From an uncultured Candidatus Saccharibacteria bacterium (lineage in GTDB: Bacteria; Patescibacteriota; Saccharimonadia; Saccharimonadales; SZUA-47), in NCBI GenBank assembly GCA_964536485.1, contig CAZHXX010000001.1, forward strand, positions 85,643 through 149,642: DNA of 64,000 bases. Direction: 5' to 3'. The translations under genes were made by a program, and so were the position numbers. Of the stretch, positions 7,823 through 17,292 are shown piece after piece (position 1 is the first letter of the stretch; the number at the start of each line of letters is the position of its first letter). The notes under the pieces are model-generated. The model made no database searches and was not told where the DNA came from. It saw only the letters and a program-made list of their open reading frames with translations.

Positions 7823-10399
7823 ATGAGCGAACAAGCAGTACAAAAGAAGTGCTTAGTAATTTCGTATGGTCCGGTGCCAACACCCGAATTTCAGACCGTC
7901 GAAGGTGGTGGAATGCGCGCCTGGGGACTTGCTAAGGGACTCCTGAAAAACAAGATTGATGTGACAGTTGCTATAAACAATTCTTTCAAGCAAACACTTG
8001 ATAATTACGAGGGAGTAAAGCTCGTTAACTGGAGTCTGGACGAGTCGTTTATCTCATTACTAAACAGCTTCGACACAGTTATTATGAGTTACTGCATGGG
8101 CGACCCTTCCATGTTCGTCGTAGATAATATCTCTCCAAAAGTACAGCTTTTACTCGACGTGTACGTTCCTATCTATGTTGAGGTTTCTGCGCGTGATACA
8201 GATAATATGCCTCGAGAATATGCAGCATATTCTCAAGATATTGCTCGTCATAATAAGGTCCTTAAGCGTGGTGACTACTTCCTGTGCGCCAATGAAGTGC
8301 AAAAGATTTTCTACACTGGAGTACTTGGTAGTCTTGGCGTTGTTAACCCTCTTTCATACAGACAAGACCGCATAAAAATTGTGCCGTTTGGCATTCATAG
8401 TGAAGGTCAAAATATTACCGAAGACCCTTACGCAAAGCTTGGCATTTGCGAGAAGAGTAAAAGAGTGTTATGGTTTGGAGGCCTTTACCCTTGGTTTCGA
8501 ATCGAAGAGCTTCTAAAAGCAGTTAAAGAGCTTGCAACAAAGGACAAAGATTTTACATTTACACTAGTCGGTGGGAAAAACCCCTTCAACAATAACCCTG
8601 ATTTGCTTCGGCAATACGAAATTGCAACAAAGTTCACAACTGAGCATGGGCTTCTTAACAAACAAGTTTTCTTTGTTGATTGGGTTGACTATAGCAAGCG
8701 CGCAAACTGGTACAGCCACGCAGATTTTGTTATCAGTATTAACCAGCCTGGTGAAGAAAATATTTTTGCCTGGCGTACGAGAGTAATGGATTACATCTGG
8801 GGTGATATTGTCGCAATGACTAACGGCGGAGACCCTCTAGGAGATGAGCTTCTTGCTGCAGGTGCGGCAATAAAATTAGACAATCTCGATGCCGAAAGCA
8901 TCGTGACCACTATTGAATCTACGTATGCCAAAAAATCTATACTAGCTGATGCTAAAGCTGCCTTAAAAACGATTAAGAAGAAATATCTTTGGGAGTTTAT
9001 TACAGCCCCGGTAGCAAACCTTATTGAGAAGCATGAACTTAAGTATTTATTTGAGCAAGATTTTATACTCACCCATGACTTAGAGTTGGGTCTTCCTGGA
9101 GAACAAGGCATAATTGGAGCACGTGAAGCGTCAAAAGGCCGGATAGCGAGAAATATCCAGAAGTCTCGAAGAATTGTGTCTTATGCAAGACAAAAGGGGC
9201 TAAAACGCTCAGCTCGTCTTGGAGCAAGTATTGTAAAGAACCAGCTTATTCGCAAAACAGTCAATCCCAGAAAATTTGTGTTTATCTCTCATCCGATAGA
9301 TCATACTGGTGCGCCACTTGTACTCTTACATATAATTGATGAGGTCATTGAGAAATTCGGGGCACGGAACGTACGCATTATCGCCCCGATAGTAGATAAA
9401 GATATTCTAAAAAAACTTCGTTCAAAAGGTGTATCGGTAGAAAAAGCTGCCGAGATGAGCTACCGATTTGCGGCTGCTCAACTTGCGCTCTCCAAGAATG
9501 ATTTCGTGCTCATGAACACTGTCGCAGTAAACGACTGTTACCGAGAAGTCGTATTGAATATGCTCGATACGGGAAGGCTAGCCCAAGCCCATTGGTTTAT
9601 ACACGAAGACGAAGCTCAGCTAAAGGTCGTGAAAGGTGTTATTGAAGAGCCTCACTTACGTGACAAAATTAGCAAACTTGTAAATGAAGAAAAGCTTCAT
9701 GTTTTTGTACCAGCAAAAAGAGTAAAGAAGTTTTACGACAAACTGTTTAATACTAAAAGAGTACATGCGGTGCCCCTACAACTAGATGTACCAGAAAAAC
9801 TACAAACACCTAAAAATGAGAAAGACTTCGATAAGCTAGATTTTTTGCTTACCGGGGCTTCATCTGATGGCCGAAAAGGGCAACTAATAGTATTGTCGGC
9901 ATTGCAGGCATTTCTTCTAAAATACCAATCAAAAAACCCTAAAGGATACCGTGACTTCAGTGTTCATTTTATTTCAATAGGAAACGATTATGTATCGACT
10001 CAAGTAAAGACAATAGGTAGCGCCATCTTAGGGAAAAAGCTACACACTTATCCCGCGCTACCAAGACAAGAGGCTTTAGCTGTCGCGCATTCATGCAACG
10101 CAGTAGTTTGCAGCTCACTTAATGAAACTTTTGGGCTCTATATAGCCGAGGGCATGCTTATGGGTCATATAGTGCTTAGGAATGACTCAGCAGGACGCGA
10201 GGAGCAGCTAGCTGAAGGCAAAAACGGCTTCTTTATAGACAGCAACAATATTAATCAAATGGCTGATGTGTTTGAAAAAATATTGAACAAGAAAACTCTT
10301 TCAAATCAGAAACTACTGTCTATGAGTAAGACGTCCCGGGAAATGATGGAGCCTTATATAAATAATAAGTACTTGTCTAAATTTAGAATAGGAGAGTAG
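7823..10399 (+). CDS. Two-module glycosyltransferase (tandem GT4-like domains)
   Basis: 858 aa. Module 1 has CLVISYGPVP...GGGMRAWGLAKGL and a later GT-B C-lobe. Module 2 has FVFISHPIDHTGAPLVL and NETFGLYIAEGMLMGHIV (EX7E-like). Confidence 0.85.
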   Translation: MSEQAVQKKCLVISYGPVPTPEFQTVEGGGMRAWGLAKGLLKNKIDVTVAINNSFKQTLDNYEGVKLVNWSLDESFISLLNSFDTVIMSYCMGDPSMFVVDNISPKVQLLLDVYVPIYVEVSARDTDNMPREYAAYSQDIARHNKVLKRGDYFLCANEVQKIFYTGVLGSLGVVNPLSYRQDRIKIVPFGIHSEGQNITEDPYAKLGICEKSKRVLWFGGLYPWFRIEELLKAVKELATKDKDFTFTLVGGKNPFNNNPDLLRQYEIATKFTTEHGLLNKQVFFVDWVDYSKRANWYSHADFVISINQPGEENIFAWRTRVMDYIWGDIVAMTNGGDPLGDELLAAGAAIKLDNLDAESIVTTIESTYAKKSILADAKAALKTIKKKYLWEFITAPVANLIEKHELKYLFEQDFILTHDLELGLPGEQGIIGAREASKGRIARNIQKSRRIVSYARQKGLKRSARLGASIVKNQLIRKTVNPRKFVFISHPIDHTGAPLVLLHIIDEVIEKFGARNVRIIAPIVDKDILKKLRSKGVSVEKAAEMSYRFAAAQLALSKNDFVLMNTVAVNDCYREVVLNMLDTGRLAQAHWFIHEDEAQLKVVKGVIEEPHLRDKISKLVNEEKLHVFVPAKRVKKFYDKLFNTKRVHAVPLQLDVPEKLQTPKNEKDFDKLDFLLTGASSDGRKGQLIVLSALQAFLLKYQSKNPKGYRDFSVHFISIGNDYVSTQVKTIGSAILGKKLHTYPALPRQEALAVAHSCNAVVCSSLNETFGLYIAEGMLMGHIVLRNDSAGREEQLAEGKNGFFIDSNNINQMADVFEKILNKKTLSNQKLLSMSKTSREMMEPYINNKYLSKFRIGE

Positions 10400-10401
10400 A
10401 A

Positions 10402-11094
10402 ATGAAGCCAGTAGAAGATGCGTTGAAAACACTCGAGGAAACCACTGCAAGAATAGCGAGCGAGCAAAAAGTCTCTACCGATGCGGACTATGCAATGCTG
10501 CAATTAACTTGGAATAGAGATATTTTGGAACGCTCTTACCCTTACATACCAAGTGTAACAAAGAAGCTTTTAGGTATAGGCTCTTTTATGGGAGCACTCG
10601 AAATAAGTCTTAGCGACAAGTTTGACAGCGTAGTCTGTGTCGATCATAAATCCTACCTACCAAAAAATCTCCCTAAAAACATTGTCTTTCATAAAGCTAA
10701 TATCGATAGCGCTGAATGGACACTCCCCTCTCTTGAAGGTGAAGATCGTTATGACGTTGTGTACTTTATCGAAACAATTGAACACCTGTTATGGTCTCCA
10801 CTCCCGCTCTTGAAATGGGTGCAGAAAAACTGTCATCTTTTTGTAATCTCTACACCGGATGACAACGAATGGCCAGAAATGGAGATTCACCCATGGACTC
10901 GTTATCAACATTGGTCAAAGATTCCTGCTGCGTCACCTGGGGTTAAAGGGAACCCTAAACCTATGTACCACACGAAGCAGTATACTCAAGTTGAGTTTAT
11001 GGAAATCCTAGACTTTGTAGGCTTTAGAGTAATTGAGTTCTTTAGGACAGGCGATGGCAAGCATCAAATGGTTGCAATCTGCCAGCCTAAGTAG
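10402..11094 (+). CDS. Methyltransferase-like protein (class I fold, weak motifs)
   Basis: 230 aa starting 3 nt after the upstream stop. LGIGSFMGALE, a VVCVD acidic loop and YDVVYFIETIEHL. Confidence 0.6.
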   Translation: MKPVEDALKTLEETTARIASEQKVSTDADYAMLQLTWNRDILERSYPYIPSVTKKLLGIGSFMGALEISLSDKFDSVVCVDHKSYLPKNLPKNIVFHKANIDSAEWTLPSLEGEDRYDVVYFIETIEHLLWSPLPLLKWVQKNCHLFVISTPDDNEWPEMEIHPWTRYQHWSKIPAASPGVKGNPKPMYHTKQYTQVEFMEILDFVGFRVIEFFRTGDGKHQMVAICQPK

Positions 11095-11097
11095 TTG

Positions 11098-12093
11098 TTA
11101 TTTTAATTTAGAAAATATTCTTTTGTGTAATGGTGAAGAGGCAGGTTTTTCAAGTAGGGCCTTGTTTTCGTTAGTGAGAGCAAGGTTCTTTTCTGATAAC
11201 GACTGAACTTCATTCTTAAGCCGTGCTATCTCGTCCTGTAAATAATCTTTATAGAGCTCTACGTCTCGATATTTTTGTCCAAAGACCGAGAGTGCAAGTG
11301 TCGTAAATTCAAGCTTTTTAACTGAAGAGTGGTTTTCTGTGCGAGCATTAATAAGCTCATCTATTTTTTGTATATTTGTCTCATTCCCACCAAAAAAGTA
11401 TATTCTCCGATAAGACGAGTCATCGTCGCCTGAATCAATTAATTCAAAATTATTATTATAGAAGCGGTTGATATCATCTACGCGCCCACGCAGGTCGTCG
11501 TCAAGCCCTATAGAGAAATAAATCGTTTGGAACAACGTCCAGAGTGTAATATCATTGCTCGCCAAGCTAGTATGCTCAAGTTTAAGTTTCTTTAATAATG
11601 ATTCTATTTCGCTTCTTTTTGGAATTTTATAGTCTATATGCTCTTGTAGCCATGGGTGTTCTTTGCCCTTATAGAGGTTTTTGTGGTAATCGTTTAATGA
11701 AACTTCTGCAAGATGAACGGTACCGTCTTCATTATCAAAAGGGGCAGCGAGGATAACTCCTTCTTTAGCTACACGAACAAGTTCGCTTACAAAACGCTCT
11801 CTTCCTTCACGCGGGACATGCTCATAGGTGTCAAAGCTAACAACAAAATCAAATTCATTATCTTTAAAAGGAAGCTTACGCCCATCGCCTTTCACATAAT
11901 TTGGTTCATCTACGTCAAACAGATCGCAAATTACTACATCGTCATTAGGGCTAAATAAGGAAGTTATGCCCTTGTAGCCGCCAACGTCAAGAATCCTAAC
12001 CTTATCTTTCCGTAATGAATGAATAAAAACTGAAGCCCATTTTTGTCGAGTGTACTGATCAATTGTTGTTGAGCTAAGATCTGTTGCTTTCAT
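11098..12093 (-). CDS. Class I SAM-dependent methyltransferase with C-terminal coiled-coil tail
   Basis: Motif I ILDVGGYKG and FDFVVSFDTYEHV. The last ~45 aa carry a heptad-like stretch, LQDEIARLKNEVQSLSEKNLALTNENKALLEK. Confidence 0.75.
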   Translation of the reverse strand: MKATDLSSTTIDQYTRQKWASVFIHSLRKDKVRILDVGGYKGITSLFSPNDDVVICDLFDVDEPNYVKGDGRKLPFKDNEFDFVVSFDTYEHVPREGRERFVSELVRVAKEGVILAAPFDNEDGTVHLAEVSLNDYHKNLYKGKEHPWLQEHIDYKIPKRSEIESLLKKLKLEHTSLASNDITLWTLFQTIYFSIGLDDDLRGRVDDINRFYNNNFELIDSGDDDSSYRRIYFFGGNETNIQKIDELINARTENHSSVKKLEFTTLALSVFGQKYRDVELYKDYLQDEIARLKNEVQSLSEKNLALTNENKALLEKPASSPLHKRIFSKLK

Positions 12094-12096
12094 ATA

Positions 12097-13290
12097 CTAC
12101 ACCCACTCACCAAACATGTTTACTTTGCCATACAAGTTATGCTGGTCTGCAGTCACCATAAAACTAACATGTTCTTCGATATGATCATACTCGTTAACTA
12201 CATCTTTATCGAAGATAACCACTGAAAGTTTATATTCCCCCGGAAGAAGAGGGAGTTTGTCTATTGAGAAAGTAGCCTTGTCGTAAGCAATATTTTTTTG
12301 ACCAATACTATTTGGCCCCGATATATTTACCCCAAAAATGTCATCTATCCTAAGACCCACAACATAATCAATTTTCTTTGTGTTTTTTAAGTGTATCGTT
12401 ATAGTGGCTGGCTTACCCATTTCGATAACGGGTTTCTTCTGCGTCTTTAGGTTGTTAAATACAACACTATCTACAGTAACTTCGCCACTTCCCCATCTTT
12501 TACGCTTTTTAAAATCGACGTTGGTTTTTTGCTTATTAGTTTCTTCATTGATGTTTAATTGGTCATAGCGAAGGCTGGCGTCCTTTGGCTTATACACACC
12601 AAGAAGCTTACCTTTGTCTACAACGGCAACCTTGTCACAGAATCTTTCAACGGCCGACATATCATGTGTCACAAATACAATCGTACGCTTATTCTTTCTT
12701 AGCTCGTTAAAGACTTCGTAGCATTTTCTCTGAAAAGCAGAATCACCTACCGCAAGCACTTCATCTATGAGTAGAATGTCACTCTTTGCTCGTATGGCAA
12801 TAGAAAAGGCAAGTCGGACCTGCATACCAGAGCTGTAGTTTTTAAGTTTCTGATCCATGAACTTTTCAATCTCTGCAAATTCGACAATTTCGTCATACAT
12901 CGCTAGCATTTCTTTTCGACTAAAGCCAAGAAGGGCGCCATTAAGAAATACGTTTTCTCGGCCCGTCAGTTCAGGATTAAAGCCTACTCCAAGTTCTATA
13001 AACGGAGTAAGCTTACCGTTAATATCAATGGCCCCTTTGTCAGGAGAGTAAATACCAGCGAGAAGCTTTAGAAGGGTACTCTTGCCACTACCATTTCGTC
13101 CAACGATACCAAAAAACTCACCACTCTTAATATCAAAACTTACATCCTTTAAAACCTCTTGTTTTTCAAAGCTTCGTTTTTTAAATGGGTTAATAATCAG
13201 ACTTTTTACTGAAGTATTTTTTTCATGAGGCAACTTAAAGGACTTATATAAGTGCGTGACTTTGATTGCTGTCTTATTTTCAACACTCAT
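12097..13290 (-). CDS. wzt: Polysaccharide ABC exporter ATPase with C-terminal glycan-binding-type domain (Wzt/TagH-like)
   Basis: Walker A GRNGSGKST, signature YSSGMQVRL, Walker B ILLIDEVLAVGD. An extra ~140-aa beta-rich C-domain (GEVTVDSVVF...LLPGEYKLSVVIFD) resembles the Wzt C-terminal domain. Confidence 0.88.
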   Translation of the reverse strand: MSVENKTAIKVTHLYKSFKLPHEKNTSVKSLIINPFKKRSFEKQEVLKDVSFDIKSGEFFGIVGRNGSGKSTLLKLLAGIYSPDKGAIDINGKLTPFIELGVGFNPELTGRENVFLNGALLGFSRKEMLAMYDEIVEFAEIEKFMDQKLKNYSSGMQVRLAFSIAIRAKSDILLIDEVLAVGDSAFQRKCYEVFNELRKNKRTIVFVTHDMSAVERFCDKVAVVDKGKLLGVYKPKDASLRYDQLNINEETNKQKTNVDFKKRKRWGSGEVTVDSVVFNNLKTQKKPVIEMGKPATITIHLKNTKKIDYVVGLRIDDIFGVNISGPNSIGQKNIAYDKATFSIDKLPLLPGEYKLSVVIFDKDVVNEYDHIEEHVSFMVTADQHNLYGKVNMFGEWV

Positions 13291-13291
13291 A

Positions 13292-14104
13292 CTATAGATT
13301 CTCCGCGAAATCTTTGGCCTCTTTTTTGAAATATAAAATTCCCATGATTAGAAACGCTACGGTAATCGTTAGTGGAATCAAGAATGCCACAGAGCTTTTC
13401 CATACTTCCCCTATGGTAAGCGCCTCTGGGGTAACAAACGCGTTTCTTGCACCTTGTACTGCTGTTGCGACGGGATTTAAATATAGGAGCTTTTGAATTG
13501 TGGGATTTGTAATGAGGTTAGCTTGCGTTGTGATGGGATACAATATTGGCGTTGCATAAAAACCAGCCTGCAGAAAGACATCCCATATGTAGCTCATATC
13601 CCTGTACTTTACAAAAAGGGCTGACAGCAATAAGCCAAGTCCAAGTGCGAACAAATATATCTCCAAAATAAATAATGGCAGAAAAACACTCGTACGAAGC
13701 AGGTCCATACCCCCAATGAGTGCGATAATAAATACCACGATAAGATTAAGGCTTAGGTTTATTAATGCTCCTATACTTGAAGACATAACTATCATCCAAC
13801 GAGGTATTCTGATTTTTCTTATCAAATCCCCTCTGCTCACAATTGAACCTAGGCTTTGTTGTGTTATTTCAGTAAAAAAGGTCCACAGAACGATTCCCAG
13901 GAGAAGATATATTGGGAAATTATCTACATCTTTACCTACCTTAAAAACGTAGGTAAAGACGGTATAAAGTATTGCGAACATAAAGAGTGGCCGAAGAAGA
14001 GACCAAGCATATCCAAGGACCGAGCCCTGGTAGCGAAGTTTAAAATCTGTGCGCACCAACTCTGCAAGTAGTGCTTTGTTTTGCTTACTAAAAATGTGTT
14101 TCAT
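13292..14104 (-). CDS. wzm: ABC-2 type polysaccharide exporter permease (Wzm/TagG-like)
   Basis: 270 aa with about 6 TM helices. N-terminal RTDFKLRYQGSVLGYAWSLLRPL is the ABC-2 signature region. Its stop lies 1 nt upstream of the wzt start. Confidence 0.85.
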   Translation of the reverse strand: MKHIFSKQNKALLAELVRTDFKLRYQGSVLGYAWSLLRPLFMFAILYTVFTYVFKVGKDVDNFPIYLLLGIVLWTFFTEITQQSLGSIVSRGDLIRKIRIPRWMIVMSSSIGALINLSLNLIVVFIIALIGGMDLLRTSVFLPLFILEIYLFALGLGLLLSALFVKYRDMSYIWDVFLQAGFYATPILYPITTQANLITNPTIQKLLYLNPVATAVQGARNAFVTPEALTIGEVWKSSVAFLIPLTITVAFLIMGILYFKKEAKDFAENL

Positions 14105-14140
14105 GAATTATCTAGTATCATTATAGAGGAGCACACCTAT

Positions 14141-15157
14141 ATGAAACAATCAGATATCGCAGTAGTGATGATTAATTGGAACGGTTTATCGGATTCGCTT
14201 GCTTGTATTGAGGCTTTATACGCTCAAACACAAGCGCACACTTTATTAGCTGTTGATAATAATTCGTCGGATGATTTTGTAAAAATACTGCCAAAGAAAT
14301 ACCCTAATGCCGTTCTGTTTAAAAATTCGCAAAATTTAGGCTTTGCAGGTGGAGTCAATACTGGCATACGCTATGCGATTGAGCAAAACTTTAGTTATGT
14401 TGCCCTCATAAACAATGATGCTGTCCCGTCTAAAGATTGGCTAGAAAAACTCCTTGAAAGTGCAGAAAAATCACCAAAAGTAGGAATTGCAACGGGGATG
14501 CTCCTTAAAACTGACCAAACGTTCGACTCTACTGGTGATCATTACACTTCTTGGGGCTTAGCCTACCCGCGCGGGAGAGGCGAAGAGAATACTGGCCAGT
14601 ACAATGTTGCCAAGGAAGTCTTTGGGGCGTCGGGAGGTGCGAGTTTATACAGAGTAGCTATGCTAAAAGAAATAGGCATTTTTGACGAAGATTTTTTTGC
14701 CTACTATGAAGATGTCGACTTAAGCTTTCGTGCGCAGCTTGCAGGCTGGAAAGTATTGTATCAGCCAAAGGCAGTTGCACTTCACAAGATTGGAGCTTCG
14801 AGTGGGAAAGTGAAGGGCTTTACCACCTACCAAACAATCAAAAACCTGCCTTGGCTCTTTATAAAAAATGTTCCCAGTGGTTTGCTAACAACAATTTTGC
14901 CTCGATTTGTCATTGCGTATAGTGCAATTGTTTTTTCGTCGCTCGCGCAAGGTAAGTTACTGCCCGTTATAAAAGGACTACTTGTCTCAGCCGTCTATGT
15001 TCCTAAAAAGCTCGCGCAACGTCACCACATTCAAAAGAAGAAAAAAGTATCTACAGATTATATTGCATCAATTCTTGTATACGACTTGCCGCCAAACGCG
15101 GCAAAACTACAAAGCCTAAGAAACTTTCTTCGCGCGCTTCGTTTTTGGCGCAGATAA
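14141..15157 (+). CDS. Family 2 glycosyltransferase (rhamnosyltransferase-like)
   Basis: Start chosen at ATG 14141 (MKQSDIAVVMINWNG). VDNNSSD, LINNDAV (DxD position) and FFAYYEDVDLSFR blocks. Confidence 0.85.
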   Translation: MKQSDIAVVMINWNGLSDSLACIEALYAQTQAHTLLAVDNNSSDDFVKILPKKYPNAVLFKNSQNLGFAGGVNTGIRYAIEQNFSYVALINNDAVPSKDWLEKLLESAEKSPKVGIATGMLLKTDQTFDSTGDHYTSWGLAYPRGRGEENTGQYNVAKEVFGASGGASLYRVAMLKEIGIFDEDFFAYYEDVDLSFRAQLAGWKVLYQPKAVALHKIGASSGKVKGFTTYQTIKNLPWLFIKNVPSGLLTTILPRFVIAYSAIVFSSLAQGKLLPVIKGLLVSAVYVPKKLAQRHHIQKKKKVSTDYIASILVYDLPPNAAKLQSLRNFLRALRFWRR

Positions 15158-16486
15158 CTCTGTCTCTTTTTGTATACCAATCAAAGCAACGCCGGCAAGG
15201 AGCCACCACTGTAGGGCAACGGCTTCGTTAGACCAGAGGTGTATGAGAAGTGCATAAAATGCGTACGCTAGCCCGCTGGCAAAAAGTGCTGTTACAAGAG
15301 GAGATTTGCGAGCCTCCTTACCAAGTTTCGACAATATGAGTAGAAATAGTACGACAAAAAGAGTGACTCCAAGCCAGCCGACCTCGAGCGCTATCTGTAA
15401 GTAGTAATTCTCCGTCAGTTGCCCGCCTTTTGGATTGTTTATGGACACAAGCCCTGCAGTTCCTGGACCGTAGCCAAGTGGTTGTTCCACTATTTCATCG
15501 ACCGCTTCTTGTGTTAGTGTCACTCGAAGCTCGTTCGGGTCCGCTAAAACCGTTGATTGATCGGCATGAAAAACAATATTTTGAAATGTATAAGTTTGCC
15601 AAATTTGAGTAGCAATAAACGCGAACAAAAGTACAAATCCGACAAGTAAATATTTGTACTTTTTCAAAAAGCCCATCACCTGCTGCCCTGTCACTATACA
15701 TAGTGTAGTCACTATGGTTGCTATACCTGCTCCTAGTAACGCCCCCCGAGAAAAAGTGAGGAGTAGCGCAAGCGTCATTACCCCAAACAGAGCCATGAGT
15801 GTCCCCTGCCGGAATGGTCGCCAAAACAGTAATTCGTTATAGCTCCGCTTTATAAGCGCAAGCGCGCATAGTACCATCGGCAAGAGCAAATACGCGCCCA
15901 ATGAGTTAGGATCTTTAAGCGTACTCATCACCCGTGGCAAGTCTGGCTTGTCGTCTATAAAGAACATGGGCTTTACACCCCGTTCTAAGCTGTAGCCAAC
16001 GTGCGTTAGCATGTCTTTTGGCAAGAAGTACTGTGCCACACCAAACAGCGCCACAGCGCCCGCTATGAGCACCGTAGCGGTAAGCAACTTCTTCTTATAT
16101 TCCCCGCTACTTGCGAGCGAACCAACAACAAGTCCAAGCAAAAGGTAGATAAGTAAGCGCGTATTATAGACACTCCCCACAATTGCAGAATAGGTATCGT
16201 CAGACCTACTCAAAACAACAAAAAGCAAATGAAGCAAAACATAGGCAGAGCCAAGCATAAAGTGCCATTTGTGCTCTTTAACAAAGAGCTTTTTTCTGTA
16301 GGCAACATAAAGCAGGAGCGGGACAAGCACTATCACGAAGACATCTTTTGCCGCCTTCCATGCGCCAATCTCACCAGTCAACAAAGAAGCAGACTGCGCA
16401 ATAAATACATGAAGTGGCATATATAAAATAAGTGCGAGCGCAACCCAAAAAAGTAACTTTCTATTTCTGGAAGAAAACCGATCCAT
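15116..16486 (-). CDS. O-antigen ligase/polymerase-like polytopic membrane protein (Wzy_C-type)
   Basis: 456 aa with more than 10 TM helices and a TFSRGALLG loop block. Its 3' end overlaps the convergent GT2 by 42 nt. Confidence 0.72.
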   Translation of the reverse strand: MDRFSSRNRKLLFWVALALILYMPLHVFIAQSASLLTGEIGAWKAAKDVFVIVLVPLLLYVAYRKKLFVKEHKWHFMLGSAYVLLHLLFVVLSRSDDTYSAIVGSVYNTRLLIYLLLGLVVGSLASSGEYKKKLLTATVLIAGAVALFGVAQYFLPKDMLTHVGYSLERGVKPMFFIDDKPDLPRVMSTLKDPNSLGAYLLLPMVLCALALIKRSYNELLFWRPFRQGTLMALFGVMTLALLLTFSRGALLGAGIATIVTTLCIVTGQQVMGFLKKYKYLLVGFVLLFAFIATQIWQTYTFQNIVFHADQSTVLADPNELRVTLTQEAVDEIVEQPLGYGPGTAGLVSINNPKGGQLTENYYLQIALEVGWLGVTLFVVLFLLILSKLGKEARKSPLVTALFASGLAYAFYALLIHLWSNEAVALQWWLLAGVALIGIQKETELSAPKTKRAKKVS

Positions 16487-16529
16487 ACTAGTAGTCTAGC
16501 TTTTTTTGCTAGTTCTATAAAATTTCAGA

Positions 16530-17240
16530 TTAGTTGTCGAGAAAGCTAAGAATTTCCGCTGGAGGCAAATCGACTAGGTCAGTTGCGTGTGCGCCTTGCC
16601 GAACTGCCAACTTAACCGCTCCAATTCCTATAAAGTCTAAGGGGCACAGTTCATAGCCCCGTATAGGCTTGTTCCAACTTTCAAAATATTCGAAAGCAAC
16701 AAAGTCTGTATCAACTTCTGCCACACCTGAATCATCAAGCTTTTTCTTAAAAAATCTTGCGTAATCAAAAAGCACTTCATCTTCAGGTATCTCGCCATCA
16801 AGTGGCATATACTCCCCTTCAAAGAGGAGTTTTCTTTGAAAATCTTCATCAAAAACATAGGCTATGCCCTCATCGGCTGCCATGCTTCCTAAAGTAAATA
16901 TTGGAAATCTTTCGAACCTTAAAGCGTGTAAGAATTCATGAAAGATAACCCCTGGCAGTTGCGACGCGCGTCGTCTGATTTTATTGTGCTTTATGTCAAG
17001 AATAGGTAGGTTCACATCTACTTGGCATGCGTCTTTGGTTTCTCCAGTAGCATCATAGTTACGGACTGCTTTGCATATTCTTACAGTCTTTGGTGGCACT
17101 AGCGGAACGAGACCCATTTCCCGAACACCTATCACAGCAAGTTGTGTGGCGCATGAAACTACTTCAAGGCTTGAAGCTCTTTGAGGGCGCGTCCAATTAC
17201 TAAGGTCCCACCTATAGCTAGGTATAATTTCAGCCGACAT
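16530..17240 (-). CDS. Hypothetical protein with HExxH metallopeptidase motif
   Basis: 236 aa with no signal peptide. VIFHEFLHAL contains HEFLH. Confidence 0.55.
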   Translation of the reverse strand: MSAEIIPSYRWDLSNWTRPQRASSLEVVSCATQLAVIGVREMGLVPLVPPKTVRICKAVRNYDATGETKDACQVDVNLPILDIKHNKIRRRASQLPGVIFHEFLHALRFERFPIFTLGSMAADEGIAYVFDEDFQRKLLFEGEYMPLDGEIPEDEVLFDYARFFKKKLDDSGVAEVDTDFVAFEYFESWNKPIRGYELCPLDFIGIGAVKLAVRQGAHATDLVDLPPAEILSFLDN

Positions 17241-17292
17241 TAAAGCAAATATACTAATAAATATTTAGTTGCGTCAAGTTATTGGTTTGCTG

